Shown here one piece after another: positions 15,599 through 28,200 of a stretch of DNA of 64,000 nt. Origin of the DNA: Dictyostelium discoideum (lineage: Eukaryota). The stretch lies in NCBI GenBank assembly GCA_000004695.1, contig CM000150.2:3872001-3936000 (forward strand), written 5' to 3'. A program made the translations under genes and the position numbers. The notes under the pieces were generated by a model. That model was not told the DNA's origin. It saw nothing but the letters and a program-made list of their open reading frames with translations, and did no database searches. Within the stretch, counting starts at the first letter, position 1. Each line of letters starts with the position of its first letter.

Positions 15599-18500
15599 TT
15601 ATTTTTTTAATTTTGGTAATATAACTTCTCTGATTTTCTCCTCTATTATTTGATATACCATCTGTGGGTATGGATGTTCTAATAATACACAAATTTCACC
15701 TTTTCTATTACAAATATAACCAGCTGGTAAATTATTAATATTTATAGTTTTACCATCTAAAGTTGTTAAAGTTGTAGTTAATGTTGTTATTAAAGTAGTA
15801 GTTGTTGTACAAACTACATTATTTTTACTTGGTGAAGATAGTGGTGTACTATTACTACCATTATTAATATTATTATTATTATTATTATTTGGATTATTAT
15901 TATTATTATTTATTATATTACAAGTTTGAGTATCATTATTACTTATACTATTTATTAATGGTAATGAATTTGATAATTCTTTAAAGGAAGGTTGTTTTGA
16001 TAAAGAGATTGGAGAAGTTAAAATTGAATTTGGAGCGGAATTAGTTTGAGTTGTAGTTGAAGTTGTTGACATTGACGATGATGATGGATTAAATATTTTA
16101 TTTGGTAATGGACTATTATTATTTAAAATTAAATTTGAATTATGAGTTTTAATTAAAAGTGATTCATCAGATTCTAAACGTAAACCTAATCTTTCAATTA
16201 CCGCTTTAAAATGATAAGCTTGCATGACAGGTTTACACCATTTCAATTGAAGGAATATGGGATCGTTATTGACCCTATTTGATAATTTTGAAAGCATCAT
16301 AATCAATAGAATGATTTCATCAGCGATTTGAATACCTTCATCTATATCATCAACGATTTGGTCGGCGCCATTGTAATTTGGCTGATTTTGAAACTCGTCC
16401 AATAGGGATAACAAATTGTCAATGGTTCTCTCAACGATACCACTGAGTGACATAATTTGATTTTGAGAATTTCTTAATGTTACATTCAAAGTATCCAAAT
16501 AATCCAATGAACCTTGTAATAGTACTAAATATTGTTCTTGTTCTGGTGTCTCTTTAAAATCATTCATAAATTGAAATTGTGATTGAATACCCTCAATTTG
16601 TGATTTAATTAAAAGGTACATAAACATTGGTGTTAAATCATTTGCATCAGTTCTACTAATTTGCATTGTTGCTTCATTCAATGTTTCAATCTTTTCAGTT
16701 GGTGTTTTTTTATTTTGTAATGAACTTAATATTTCAAATGCTTTTGGTAATAAATCAACATTCTTTTCCCAACTACTCTCTGAAATATCTAATTCATTAT
16801 ATTCTACATCTTTAAACATATTAACTCTTTGTTGAAATAATAAATCTTTTGATTTATTCTTTTTTTTTTTAAAATAAAAAAAAAAAAAAAAAAAAAATTA
16901 ATATACATATATTTATATTTATATTTATATGAATTTTATATATTATATATATATATAACTTACAGTTTCTTGATATAAATGAATTATTGTATCATAAATT
17001 TGATTAAAAATTAAATCTTTAAATTTTATAATGAATTGATGATCATCAATTTTAGTATCTAACCAATTGAATAATCTTGATAAAGTATCTTTTGCACGTT
17101 TTAAAAGTATATTTACATTTTGATGAGACATATTGATTGTATAATGTTGTTTAATTATTATAATGATACGAGTTATTAATTTACCAAATGGATTATTTTG
17201 TCTGAAATCATCGTTATATATAATTGAATCTAATGGTGTCCTAGTTGTAATCTCTAATGGATCAAAAGATTCCAATTGTGTGAAAAAGGATTCCAATACT
17301 TTTGATTCCGCTTGTGCTCTATATTTTACAATTAATTTACTTAATGTAGTATGACCATCTTTCATTGCAATCTGTAATGCTGATGCCATTGAATTATTAA
17401 CATCATCAATATAATCTTGTAATTGTTCGCCACTTAGACCATCACTAAGTATTCTTAATATATTCTCACCAATTGATTGTGACGTCTTTGAATTATATTT
17501 ATATGCTAAAATATGTAAAACAGTATTACCATTATCATCTTTCACTCTCAATGATTCAACTGTTGAATGTGTTAATAAATATTTTGATAATGTATTATTT
17601 CTACTAATTAATGATAAATGTAATGGTGTTTGATTTTGGATTGTCTAAAAAATAATAAAAATAAAAAAATAAATATTAGTATTTTTTTTTTTTTTTTTTA
17701 ATTATTATTATTAAATAAATAATTTTACTCTTGAAGCAATTATTTGAGTTGGATTATTTTTTAAACGTTCTAATGATGTAAATATTTTTTGAACTAAATC
17801 TAAATGATTTTCAGGTGAATATCCAATTAAGCTATCAGTTGTTGAATTATATAATTCTTTTGGTAAATCTAATGAACAAAGTTTATGAAGTGGTGTCCAT
17901 TTTTGATAATTTGATAAAAGTGGTGACGCACCTTGATCCAATAGTAAGGTTGCTGCTTTATAGAAACCATTTTCACAACAAATGAAAAATGGTGTTTTCA
18001 ATTTATCATTTTGACTATTCACTAAATTACCTTTAGTTTTCTCTAATAAAAAAATAACTGATACCATTCTTTTCGATCTACATGCAACATGAAGAAGTGT
18101 GTCCCTTTTTGAGAGTAATACAGTCAAGGGTATCACTGGTTTCGTCTTTAAAATACCCGCTAAAAATACCATATTATCCGCTTTTACTGATGTTATCATT
18201 TTCTCCAGTTTGGTTGGTTCTGGTTTTCTATCATCTTTTGAAAATATACCACCAATTGTATTATTATTATTATTATTATTTAAAACACCATCTTTTAAAC
18301 TACCACTACTATTTGATTTACTATTCGTTATTGAATTTGGTTTAATTATTGGTCTTTGAAATGTAATTATCGCATTATTATTATTTGTTGTAACTATACC
18401 ATTTGCTGATACTATTGCCGCTGCTAAAGGTTCACTCATTTTTGATGATGATATATTATTTGTTGTTGTTACAGGTGCTGTTGTTGTTGTTGGTGGTGGT

Positions 18501-18811
18501 ACTACTGTTGTTGGTGGTACTACTGTTGTTGCGGGTGCTGTTGTTGTTGTTGGTGCTCCTAATGTATTAAGTGATGTAGTTGTGGTGGTTGATGATGGTG
18601 GTGGTGGTGGTGGTGGTGTATGTGGTATGCTATCAAGCGATGATGATGAGGTTATGAATTGTGTTGGTATTGACGGGTTTGAATGATTAATATTGAATGG
18701 ATGTTGTTGAGAAGTAGTTAATTCACAAATACTAGATGTACTACTAGTATCACTAATTTCTTCAATTAATAAATTTTGCTCAGGTGTCGATGATGACCCT
18801 GGTGTCTCCAT
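15599..18811 (-). CDS. Ankyrin-repeat plus C-terminal VPS9-domain protein (putative Rab5-family GEF), about 1007 aa. Exons 17729..18811, 16964..17644, 15599..16858.
   Basis: Three track ORFs are joined by a GTAAAA donor after ..IIASR and an acceptor ttttttag|ACAATC, then a GTAAGT donor after ..LYQET and an acceptor aaaaag|AATAAATCA. All junctions are phase 0. Ankyrin repeats include TPLHLSLISRNNTLSKYLL and NGNTVLHILA. The VPS9-like core is ANDLTPMFMYLLIKSQIEGIQSQFQFMNDF..EQYLVLLQGSLDYL. Confidence 0.75.
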
Positions 18812-19120
18812 TTTTATTTTTTTTTTTTTTTTTTTTTAAATATTTGATTTTTTTTTTTTTTTTTTTTTTTTTTTCTGTTTTTTTCTGTTTTTTACCACGC
18901 GCTAAAAATTATTTTATTTTGTTTTTTTTTATTTTTGGTGTTTTAAACGTATTTTTGTATTAATTTAATTTATTTTATTTTTTATTATTTTATTATTTAA
19001 TTTATTTTAAATTATTTTATTATTTAATTTATTTTAAATTATTTTATTTTTATTTATTTTATTTTTATTTTATTAATTTTAAAATGTTTTAAAAAAAAGT
19101 AATAAATATTAATTTTTGAT

Positions 19121-19171
<51 letters not shown>

Positions 19172-20075
19172 TTATTACTATTATTTTTATTTAATTTATT
19201 ACTATTATTATGTATATAGTATAGTGTAAAGTGTGTGTGTGGTGTGTGTGGTAGTAATACAATTATATTTAATCTTATGTTTGAAGTTTACTACTATTTA
19301 TATAATAATATTAAAAAAAAAAGATACAGTTTTAATAGATTTATGTTCTGTCTTTTTCTTTTTTTAAATAAAAATAAAATGAAAAAATATAAAAAAAAAA
19401 AAAAATGATAAAAATGAAAAATAAAAAAATAAACGCCGTTGGCGATTTCTTCATAAAAAAAAAAATCTAAAAAAATTCAAAAAAAAAAAAAAAATTCAAA
19501 AAAAAAAAGTTTTGTTTTTATTATTATTATAATAATAACTTCTTTGTATGCATATTTATTTTATTTTTTGTTTTATTACTTATTTGTATTTTTTTTTTAT
19601 TTTATTTGTATTTTTTTTTTACTAAAATGAATTTCACCAACATTTTAAACCAAAAAAAATAAAATAAAAAAAATAATAAAAAAATAATAATAATAATGAA
19701 AATAAAAAACGAATCAATTGAACAAAACTGGAATTAAAAAAAAATTCAATTCCATACTTGAAATCAAAAACAATTGTTTAGGATTATAAAAAAAATTCAA
19801 TTCCATACTTGAAATGAAAAAATTATTAAAAAAACAATTGTTTAGGATTATAAAAAAAAAAAAATGAAAAAAAATAAAAAAAAATAATTTAAAAAAAGCC
19901 AAAAATTGACCCAAATTTTTTTTTTTTTTTTATTGTTTTCATTTGAAAAAAAAAAAAAATTTCAAAAAAAAAAAAAAAAAAAAAATAAAAAAAATCTTTT
20001 TTTTTTTTTTTTTTTAATTTTTTTTATTATTTTAATTTCCTTATCATTATTGTTGTATATTATTAATAAAATAAA

Positions 20076-20341
20076 ATGGTAGGTTATAGTATAATTTACA
20101 CATATTTTCAATCATTGGAAAATATGATATATACTCCAAATAACAAAATTTTGTTATTTTTTTTTTAATTTTTTTTTTTTTTGATGATCACTCATACTAA
20201 TTAAAATATTTTAATATAGTCCACAGCTCAAGTTCCATATTTAAATTGTATTAGAAACACATTGACCGCTTCAATGTGTCTCCAAAATTTTGGTTCACAA
20301 ATTGTCGAAAGACACAACAAACCAGAAGTTGAAGTCAAGTA

Positions 20342-20372
<31 letters not shown>

Positions 20373-20410
20373 TATCACCATTGTGATGATCATATGAAAT
20401 TTTAAGTTTG

Positions 20411-20448
<38 letters not shown>

Positions 20449-20759
20449 AAACACACCCACACCACTTTATCAAATTAAAAAACTTTAATCATAAATATTA
20501 ATATTTATATATTTTATCACGATTATCATTAGAACAAGCAAAGAATTAGTTTTAAATCCAGTTATCATTGCACGTAACAAAAATGAAAGAGTTTTAATCG
20601 AAACTTCAATTAACTCAATTCGTATCAGTGTTTCAATCAAGAAATCTGATGAAGTTGATGTTATCTTAGCAAAGAAATTCGTTCGTTTCTTACAACAAAG
20701 AGCTGAAAACTTTATCATCTTAAGAAGAAAACCAGTTGAAGTAAGTATAGTTTATTTTA

Positions 20760-20832
<73 letters not shown>

Positions 20833-21050
20833 TATACTGACTCATAATTATTTATATTGGATAATTATAGGGTTATGATATTAGTTTTTTGGTTACCAAT
20901 TTCCATACTGAAAATATGTTTAAACACAAACTTGTTGATTTCATCATCCAATTTATGGAAGATATCGATAGAGAAATCAGTGATTTGAAATTAACACTCA
21001 ATGCTAGAGGTCGTATTGTTGCTTCTGAATACTTAAAGAACTTTGCTTAA
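20076..21050 (+). CDS. arcD: Arp2/3 complex subunit 4 (ARPC4, p20-Arc), 169 aa. Exons 20076..20078 (ATG only), 20220..20338, 20533..20740, 20871..21050.
   Basis: Spliced product [102 protein letters not shown] aligns end to end with human ARPC4 (MTATLRPYL...). Donors are GTAGGT, GTAAGT and GTAAGT. Intron 3 carries a (TTA)21 run. Confidence 0.88.
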
Positions 21051-21328
21051 AGCAATAACATCAATATCATAGTATATAAAGAGGAAAAAAAAAAAAAAAA
21101 AAAAAAAAACCCATGACACATTACAAACTAAAACTCCAATAAATATATTTATTTTTTTTAAAAGAAAAAAAAAAGTAAACAAATAATATTTTTTTTTTTA
21201 TTTAAATAAGAGAAAGAAAATAAAAACTTATATTACTATAATTTATTTATATTTTAAAAACAATTTAAAATTTAACTTGATATTTATTTATTTTTTTTTT
21301 TATTTTTTTTTTATGGATTTTAAAACAA

Positions 21329-21358
<30 letters not shown>

Positions 21359-21365
<7 letters not shown>

Positions 21366-22770
21366 GACATATAAGTACTTGGATCTGGGGTTGCAACAAG
21401 TTCTTTAATTGAAACAACAAATTTAGATTGAACTTGTTCAAGTACTGGATCTTCTTTTGAAGGAACAAAAGAAATGGCTAAACCCTTGGTACCAAAACGA
21501 CCAGCACGACCTACTCTGTGAAGATAGGTATCGGCAGATTCAGCCATATCGTAGTTGATGACGACATTGACACGTTCAATATCGATACCACGACCAAAGA
21601 TATTAGTGGCAACCATGATACGAGATTCAAAGTTTTTGAATTTACGGTATTGTTCGATACGATCCTTTTGATCGAGGTCACGATGAATACAGATGGATGG
21701 GAAACCAATATCTTGGAGGATCTTATTTAAGGCATCAGCACGTCTAACAGATTTGACGAAAATAACGGCTTGATTAAAGTCTAATGAATCCAAGAGTTCA
21801 ATGAGTTTTTTATTCTTTTGTTCTTCAGTGATTGGTACGTAGTATTGTTGAAGACCATGGAGAGTGAGTTTACTACCATCATTGATGTAGATTTCCAATG
21901 GATTGTTCATAAACTTCTTACAGATTGGACGAATGGTATCAGAGAGGGTAGCTGAAAACATCATAACTTGTTTGTTGGCTGGGATGAGTTTGAAGATCTT
22001 TTGTACATCCTTTCTCATATCCAATGATTCGAGCATGGTATCACATTCATCAAGAATGAATTGTTTAATCTCTTTGAGTGAGAGTGCACCTTCAGATGCT
22101 AATTGTAAAATACGACCTGGGGTACCAATGATAATGTTTGGTTTCTTTTCTTTGATCAAATCTTTATGGGTTTGAACTGGAATACCACCATAAATCACTG
22201 CAGTTTTAACATTTGGTAAATATTTGGTGAAACGATCAAATTCATCACAAATTTGATATGCTAATTCTCTAGTATTACATAATACTAATGTTGTAATCTT
22301 TAAAGTAAATGAGGAGAGGAAAAAAAAAAAAAAAAATAAAAAATAAAAAAAAAAAAAATAAAAAAAAATAAAAAAAAAATAAAAAAAAAATTAGTTTATT
22401 ATTATTATTTATTAATTTTTTAATATTTATTTTATACATACACCATTTGGATTGTTATCAATTTGTTGTAAAGTTGATAAAACGAAAACAGCGGTTTTAC
22501 CCATACCACTTTTAGCTTGACAAATGACATCTGTACCAAGAATGGCTTGTGGAATACATTCATTTTGAACTTCAGATGGATGTTCAAAACCACAATCACC
22601 AATGACTCTTTCCAACTCTGGTTTTAACAAGAACTCTCTGAAACCACTTGAATGCATAGCAACATGTGTATCAGCACGACTGTAATTTTTGAATTATAAT
22701 GATTGACAATAATATAAAAAAAGATAAAAAGAAAAAGAAAATGTTATTATTATGTTATATGATTGGGTTA

Positions 22771-22805
<35 letters not shown>

Positions 22806-23027
22806 CTCAAGATGAAATTATTTTAAATTTGGCGATATTTATGATTGATATTTTCATAAAACCATTAATATTTTAATACTATTATAACTGTTATTATCAT
22901 TATTATTATTATGAATTCTTAATATAATTTTTGTTACCAAATTTATCGCTCTCGATATCTTTGTTTATTAGGCTATAAAAAAAAAATAATAAAGTGATTT
23001 TATAACAATCTGTATGGTATTGAAAAC

Positions 23028-23105
<78 letters not shown>

Positions 23106-23582
23106 TACTATTGTTATTTTTATTATTATTTTTATTATTATTTTTATTATTATTATTATTATTATTATTGTTTTCATTATTACTATTATTATTATTATTA
23201 TTATTGATTAAACTTTCTATTTGAATTTGAGGAGGAGGAAATTAATAAGACTGTAGCCATAGAAGTGGTGTAGTTTATTTTTTTATTTTTGTGTGCAAAA
23301 CTTGGGATACAAAAACATTACTACTGCCACCATTGACTAAACCAAACAAGGTAATATTAATTGAGACTCTAAATTGATGCAGTGTTGTTGCCACCAATCA
23401 AATTAGAATGAACAAACTAAATATACCATCAATTGATTCTATTTTCTTTTTTTTTTTTTTTTTCACATAGATATTTATAGTATTGGTTGTTTATGGTTGT
23501 GGTTGTGTTGTGTTTGGGTTATAATTGAAAGCTGATTTATTATTATTATTATATTAATTATTTTTATTATTGTTTACTTTAT

Positions 23583-23613
<31 letters not shown>

Positions 23614-23841
23614 GGTATTACAGTTATTTTTCTTTTTTTTTTTTTTTTAAAAAAAAAAAAGAAAAACAAAATAAAATATAATTTCAACACTAAAGGATTC
23701 ATTTGGCTCGGTGTTAAATGAAATCACTCACTTTGCAGTTTTATTCTTGGTATCGGTAACATCATTTTGGACCTCTTCATCACTCTCTTCTTCATATTCA
23801 GCTAATTCACTGATATCAACTTCTGGATTAGTTTCGGCCAT
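21359..23841 (-). CDS. DEAD-box helicase UAP56/Sub2 (DDX39B homolog), 428 aa. Exons 23732..23841, 22442..22679, 21359..22297.
   Basis: Exon 3 matches UAP56 from [15 protein letters not shown] through [35 protein letters not shown] and the C terminus. Exon 2 is ..[60 protein letters not shown]... Exon 1 is [36 protein letters not shown]. It ends AA|GTGAGT and splices (phase 2+1) to acag|T at 22679 across an approximately 1050-bp intron. The total length equals the human protein. Confidence 0.75.
23010..23210. repeat. (ATT)n microsatellite of about 200 bp inside the long first intron of the UAP56 gene.
   Basis: Read directly. Confidence 0.9.
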
Positions 23842-24542
23842 TTTTTTTTTTTTTTTTTTGGTTGTTAAAGTTTAAAATATATATACAAATAAATTGAAGG
23901 TGTGGTGGAAAGTGGTGTGAATGTACAAATATAAATAAATTAAAAAAAAAAAATTTTAAAAAATTTTGAAAAAAATTAAAAATTTTGAAAAAAAAAAATT
24001 AAAAAAAAAATTAAAAAAAAAATTAAAAATAAAAAAAAAATAAAAATAAAATAGTGTTGGCTTTTGAATATTCAACAGAATCAAATAACCAAGTTTGGAG
24101 TGTTCAATCAAATAATTGAATAACTATTTAATTTTTTGAGTTATTATTTTTTTTTTTTTCCCAAAAATGGAGAACAAAAAAAAAAAAAAAAAAAAAATTG
24201 ACAAACAAAGGTTTGGAATCTTTTTTTTTTTTAAGATTAATTCATAACATTTTTGGGTGTTATTAAAATTAAAAAAAAAAAAAAAAAAAATGGAAAACAA
24301 GCAATCCAGAAAGTTAATCATCTTTATATAGAATTATTCTATATGAATAAATATAAAAAAAAAAAAACCTTTTAAAGAAAAAAAAATATATAAATATCAA
24401 AAAAAAAAAAAAAAAATGAATGTATAGAATATTATCTTTATTTTAAATCTTTTAATTTTCAAAAAAATTGTATTCAAATAAATCAAAACAAAGTTTCAAA
24501 GTAGCGGTTAATATAAAAAAATTCTTTTTTTTTTTTTTTTAA

Positions 24543-24573
<31 letters not shown>

Positions 24574-24582
24574 CAAAAAAAA

Positions 24583-24619
<37 letters not shown>

Positions 24620-25215
24620 CCAACTATTAACTATTGTAGTTGTACATAAAAAAATTTAAAAAAAAAAACTATAAAACTTTATTGTTTTTTTTTTTTTTTA
24701 TTAGTTTTAATTTTTTTATTTATTTTTTTATATTTTTTTTATTTATTTTTATTTTTTTTTTTTTGGTTTAAACACATATATTTTTATATATATCTTCACC
24801 CACTTTTTTTATTATTTTATTTTATTTTTTTTATAAATTTTATTTTAATCGATATTTATAAAACTATTTAAATCACCATAATAGTATAATCACACTCACA
24901 TATTATTGATTTTTTTTTTTTTTTTAAAATATTTTTTTTATGTTGTTATTATAAGAAACCCCATTTTCATAAAAAATTTTAAAGTAAGGATTTCTAAAAT
25001 ATCTTTTTTTTTTTTTTTTAAAAATTTTTTTTTTTTTTTTTTATTTTTTTTATTTTTTATTTTTTATTTTTTTTTTTTTTTCCCTCATACTAATAATTTT
25101 TATTTTTATTTTTATTTTATTATTTTTTTTTATTTGATATTTTTTTTATTTTTTTTTTTTTTTCCGATTTGTTATGAACAGTAAATAAATAAAAAAAAAA
25201 AAAAAAAAAAAAAAA

Positions 25216-28200
25216 ATGTCACAACCACCAATTTCAAACAGACCATCAACGATTGCAGCAAATGGTGGAAGTCTTGTATCACCAAATAGTATAGTTAATA
25301 GTAATAGCAATAGTAGGGGTAATTTAACTGGGGGTAGACCATTACCCTCACCACCAATCAATACTAGTTCAGGTTCAATAAATGTAAATAATAATAATAA
25401 TAGCAACAATAATACAAATGGGGGTGTACCAGTTTCATCATCACCATTAAAATCGCCACCACCATTAAAACCAAGACCAAAAACTTTATTAACACCAGTT
25501 GCACCAATTGGTTCACAAAATCCTCAACCACCTTCATTACAACAACAACAACAACCACAACCACAACCACAAAATACATCATCATCAAATTTATTACAAC
25601 AACCATCACCATCGCCATCACAGCAACCACCATCACAGCAACCACCATCACAACAACAACAACAACAACCACCATCACAACAACCACCAAAATCTACATC
25701 ACCACCAGCTTTACCAAGAAGAGAATGGCCTCCAAATAATACTAGCAGTGGTAATTTAAATAGTTTAAATAGTAGTGGTGGTAATGTTATAAATAGGCCA
25801 CAACCAGTTGCTGATAACAGTAATAATAATAATAGTAATAAACCAGTAAATGTAACAACACAACCGCCACAACCACAAACTACACCAATAAAACCAGCAT
25901 CAACCGCTCTACAATCAACTCCAATAAAAGAAACAACAACAACAGCAACAGCAGCAACAACAACACCAGTATCAGTTCCAACACAAACAGCAGTACCAGT
26001 TGCACAAGAAACTTCATCAACAGTAACACCAATTAAAATTAATAATCTTGAAGCATCAGGTCAAACAACAGAAAGTGGTAATAATTCAACATCAACTAGT
26101 ACACAATCATCACCATCAACATCTACACCACCAACACCAAACTCATCAACATCAACCACACCATTATCAACATCAACTACACAATTAGCACCCCCACCAC
26201 TAGCACCACCATTATTCAACACACCACCAATTAGTGTTTCTCAATCAACCTCAAGTGGTAATTTAAATAGTTTATATTCATCATCAGCACCAACCAATTC
26301 AGGTATGGCCAATTATAAACCAATTTCACCAAATTCTAGTATAATCTCACCAAGTAAACCTGAACCATTGGTTTTACCATCTTCAATTTCAACAACCACT
26401 ACACCAACAAATAGTACTCCAAATACACCATCAACTCAGCAACAACAACAACAACAATCATCACCAAATAATACAAATGAAAATAAACAAAAAAGAAATT
26501 CATTAGGTGAACAAACTTCAATAACATTAGAAAAAATGGCACAAGAATCATCATTAACCATCAATGAAAAGGATGAAGAGGAAACAAACGATAGTAGTGG
26601 TAAAAAATCCAAATCTAAACCAAAATTATTCCCACATCAATGGTCAATGGGTAAACCATCGGAAAAAGATGCTAAAAAGGAGGAGAAAGAACGTAAAGAA
26701 AATGAAAAACGTGAAGAGAAAGAACGTAAAGAGTTGGAAAAACGTGAGAAAAAAGAACGTAAAGAAAAGGAGAAATTAGATAAAAAAGGTGAAAAAGGTG
26801 ACAAAACAGAAAAAGATAAGGAAAAAGAGAAAGAAAAGGAGAAAGAGAAAGAGAAAGAAAAAGAGAAAGAGAAAGATATAAAATCTGGTATTGAAAAACC
26901 ACCACCACTCTCTAGAACATCTTCATCATTTGCCTCGAAATTAAAACATGCAACTTTAAGAGGAGGTAAAGTGAATGACATTGATGATACCGACTCAAAT
27001 AGTGGTAGCAGTGTTGGTAATAGTCCATCATTGACAGCACAAAGAGATACAAGAGGTTCATCAGTTCCTCATCCACCAGTAAATATTTCCACCTCCACCA
27101 ATTCAGCAACAACACCATCATCATCGTCATCGTCCACTCCAATCTCATCACCACCACCATCACTTTCATCATCTTCAAATATTGCAATATCATCATGTTC
27201 AGCATCAAATCTTTCAAATGTTTTGGCAGATAATAGTGGTTCAAGTACTGGTACAACACCAACAGACGGATTTTCATCATCACCACCAAATGGTCAATCA
27301 CCATCATTATCATCGACAGCACATCGTTCAGCTATTCATTTGGATACAAGCCGTGGCTTAATGACATGGGGATCAGCATCAAATTGTAAATTAGGCTTCA
27401 AGGTCACAGCAAAAGATCAATCACAACCAACACCAGAAAGATTACCAAATTTCAATATTCCAGACATTTGTTCGATTTCCTCAGGTTCCTATTATAGCTC
27501 TGTATTGACAGAGAATGGTGATGTCTATCTTTGGGGCCGTGGCGCTGTAAAGACACCAGCCGTTCCAATTTTAGGTATTCCACAAATTGAAGATCAATTA
27601 TTACCATTCAAATTAGAGTCACTCTCTGATGTTGTCTCTGTTTCAATTGGTTTTTGTCATGGTGCAGCCGTTAGAGCCAATGGTGAACTTTTAACTTGGG
27701 GTGTTGGTGAAAATGGTCAATTGGGTCATGGTGATACAAACAATCAAATCGAACCAAAGATCATTCAATCACTCACTAGTTTTTGGATCACCCAAGTACA
27801 ATGTGGTGAGAAACATACTATTTGTCTCACAAAGAATGGTAAAGTTTATTCATGGGGTGCTTCAGAGTATGGACAATTGGGTTTGGGTGATGTTACACAA
27901 CATTCCTCACCAATGCAAGTCAGTGCCTTGGAGAAATATAATGTACTTCAAATTGCAAGTGGTTCAACTCATTGTGCAGTTTTAACCACATCAAAAGAGG
28001 TCTTGGTATTTGGTAATGGTGCAGCTATGGGTGCTGCAAGTGTTGTAAGTTTACCAACATTAGTACCATCATTGAAATATCTTCACATTGATAGACTATG
28101 TTGTGGTCATTATTCAACCGCTGCTATCACAGAATGTGGTGATGTCTATACTTGGGGTACTGGTCAAGAATTAGGTCATGGTGGTAACTCAACTGAAACC

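Noticed and set aside
22968-23211. Poly-I ORFs on both strands
   Set aside because: They are (ATT)n microsatellite readings inside the UAP56 first intron.
26564-27322. Several ORFs on both strands overlapping the 25216-31350 gene
   Set aside because: They are alternative-frame or antisense readings of the KEKE repeat and Ser-rich region of the large sense ORF.
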